Part shown: piece by piece, positions 63,245-64,000 of the stretch
Layout of the letters: every line of letters starts with the position of its first letter
Position numbering within the stretch: position 1 is the first letter of the stretch
Source of the DNA: Amoebidium appalachense
Taxonomy: Eukaryota > Protista > Ichthyosporea
Assembly: GCA_963693365.1 (NCBI GenBank)
Contig: CAVNZM010000009.1
Span: 3,784,231-3,848,230 of the forward strand
Direction of reading: 5' to 3'
DNA: 64,000 nucleotides
Notes under the pieces: generated by a model
What the model was told of the DNA's origin: nothing
The model's database searches: none
What the model saw: only the letters and a program-made list of their open reading frames with translations
Program-made: the position numbers and the translations under genes

Positions 63245-64000
63245 GTTTGTTCTCTCCCCCCCCCCCCCCCCCAGCTCCCTTGGAACCCATGCGGCATGTT
63301 ACCCGCCGGCGTAACATAACTCGGACTATCGGTTTGGCTTTTTTCAAGCCCAAAGCAATGGGTGATACCATATTTCCGGCTGACATCCGGGGGCATAGCT
63401 TTCCGTTCGAAGACGATAAAGTTCCGCCCTAGTAAGCGTGTTACTACCCTGCGGCGTGGGTCAAATCTCATATTTTTCCCCTCTGATTGCGAATTCTGCG
63501 GCCTTCGGGACTTAATTCTTTTCAGCTGGTGTAGTATGTTAGCCAGGGAAGTATCGACTTAGGTATCGACGGGGGAGCTTCCTAGAAGCCCCGTCTCCTG
63601 AGTTCCTATCTATATTTTTCTTGCTTCTGCTTACTGCTGCAACTTTAACCCCCGGCCTTTCCCACTGCCCTTGCCTGCATAAGCAACCCTGCTCGTCTCT
63701 GATCAAGACGGGTGACCTACTCATGTTCAAGTGAAACAGTATCTGAGTTGGGTTTCGTTAACGAGGGGAATAGGTCGAAACTCGGGTACTGTGGATGACG
63801 TGGGCCCCCCCTGAGGATGGGCTCTGCTTATTATGCATACTCTTTATGTATGGCTTGCATTCTGCATCGTGTTATCCATTTGTTCTTGTATACTTCGTAC
63901 TTTTTGACGCATTCAAACCCCCCCCCCCCCCCCCCCCCGGGCGCCGCCATCACCACCACCAACACCATCATCTACCACCCACCACCCACCACCCACAACC

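Overview
Eukaryotic, repeat-rich genomic DNA with spliced host genes, (CA)n/(GA)n microsatellites and long G/C homopolymers; several stretches look like error-prone long-read consensus. 1-13.3 kb is a nest of LTR retrotransposons: two chromodomain-type Ty3/Gypsy copies, an old degraded Ty1/Copia, and a young near-intact Ty1/Copia at 3790-10498. The second Gypsy LTR is split by the main feature, a ~26.6 kb insertion (13300-39911) with ~720 bp terminal inverted repeats and an extra 394 bp near-perfect GC-rich palindrome at the right end only. It carries about 20 compact, apparently intronless genes and several CCAAT-rich tandem arrays. Recognisable-by-eye genes are a penton/minor-capsid-like protein, an NCLDV DUF5760-like protein, a membrane-anchored bulb-type lectin and an ORF with a serine-recombinase-like N-terminus. 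I could not recognise a major capsid protein, packaging ATPase, DNA polymerase or DDE integrase, so it looks like an unclassified or non-autonomous endogenous virus-like element. It was later hit by a 3.3 kb LTR element. The right third is host-like: a Copia solo LTR, a ~0.7 kb tandem repeat, a three-exon zinc-knuckle gene and the C-terminal exons of a GH3 beta-xylosidase/glucosidase. All protein family calls come from motif recognition by eye; no searches were run.
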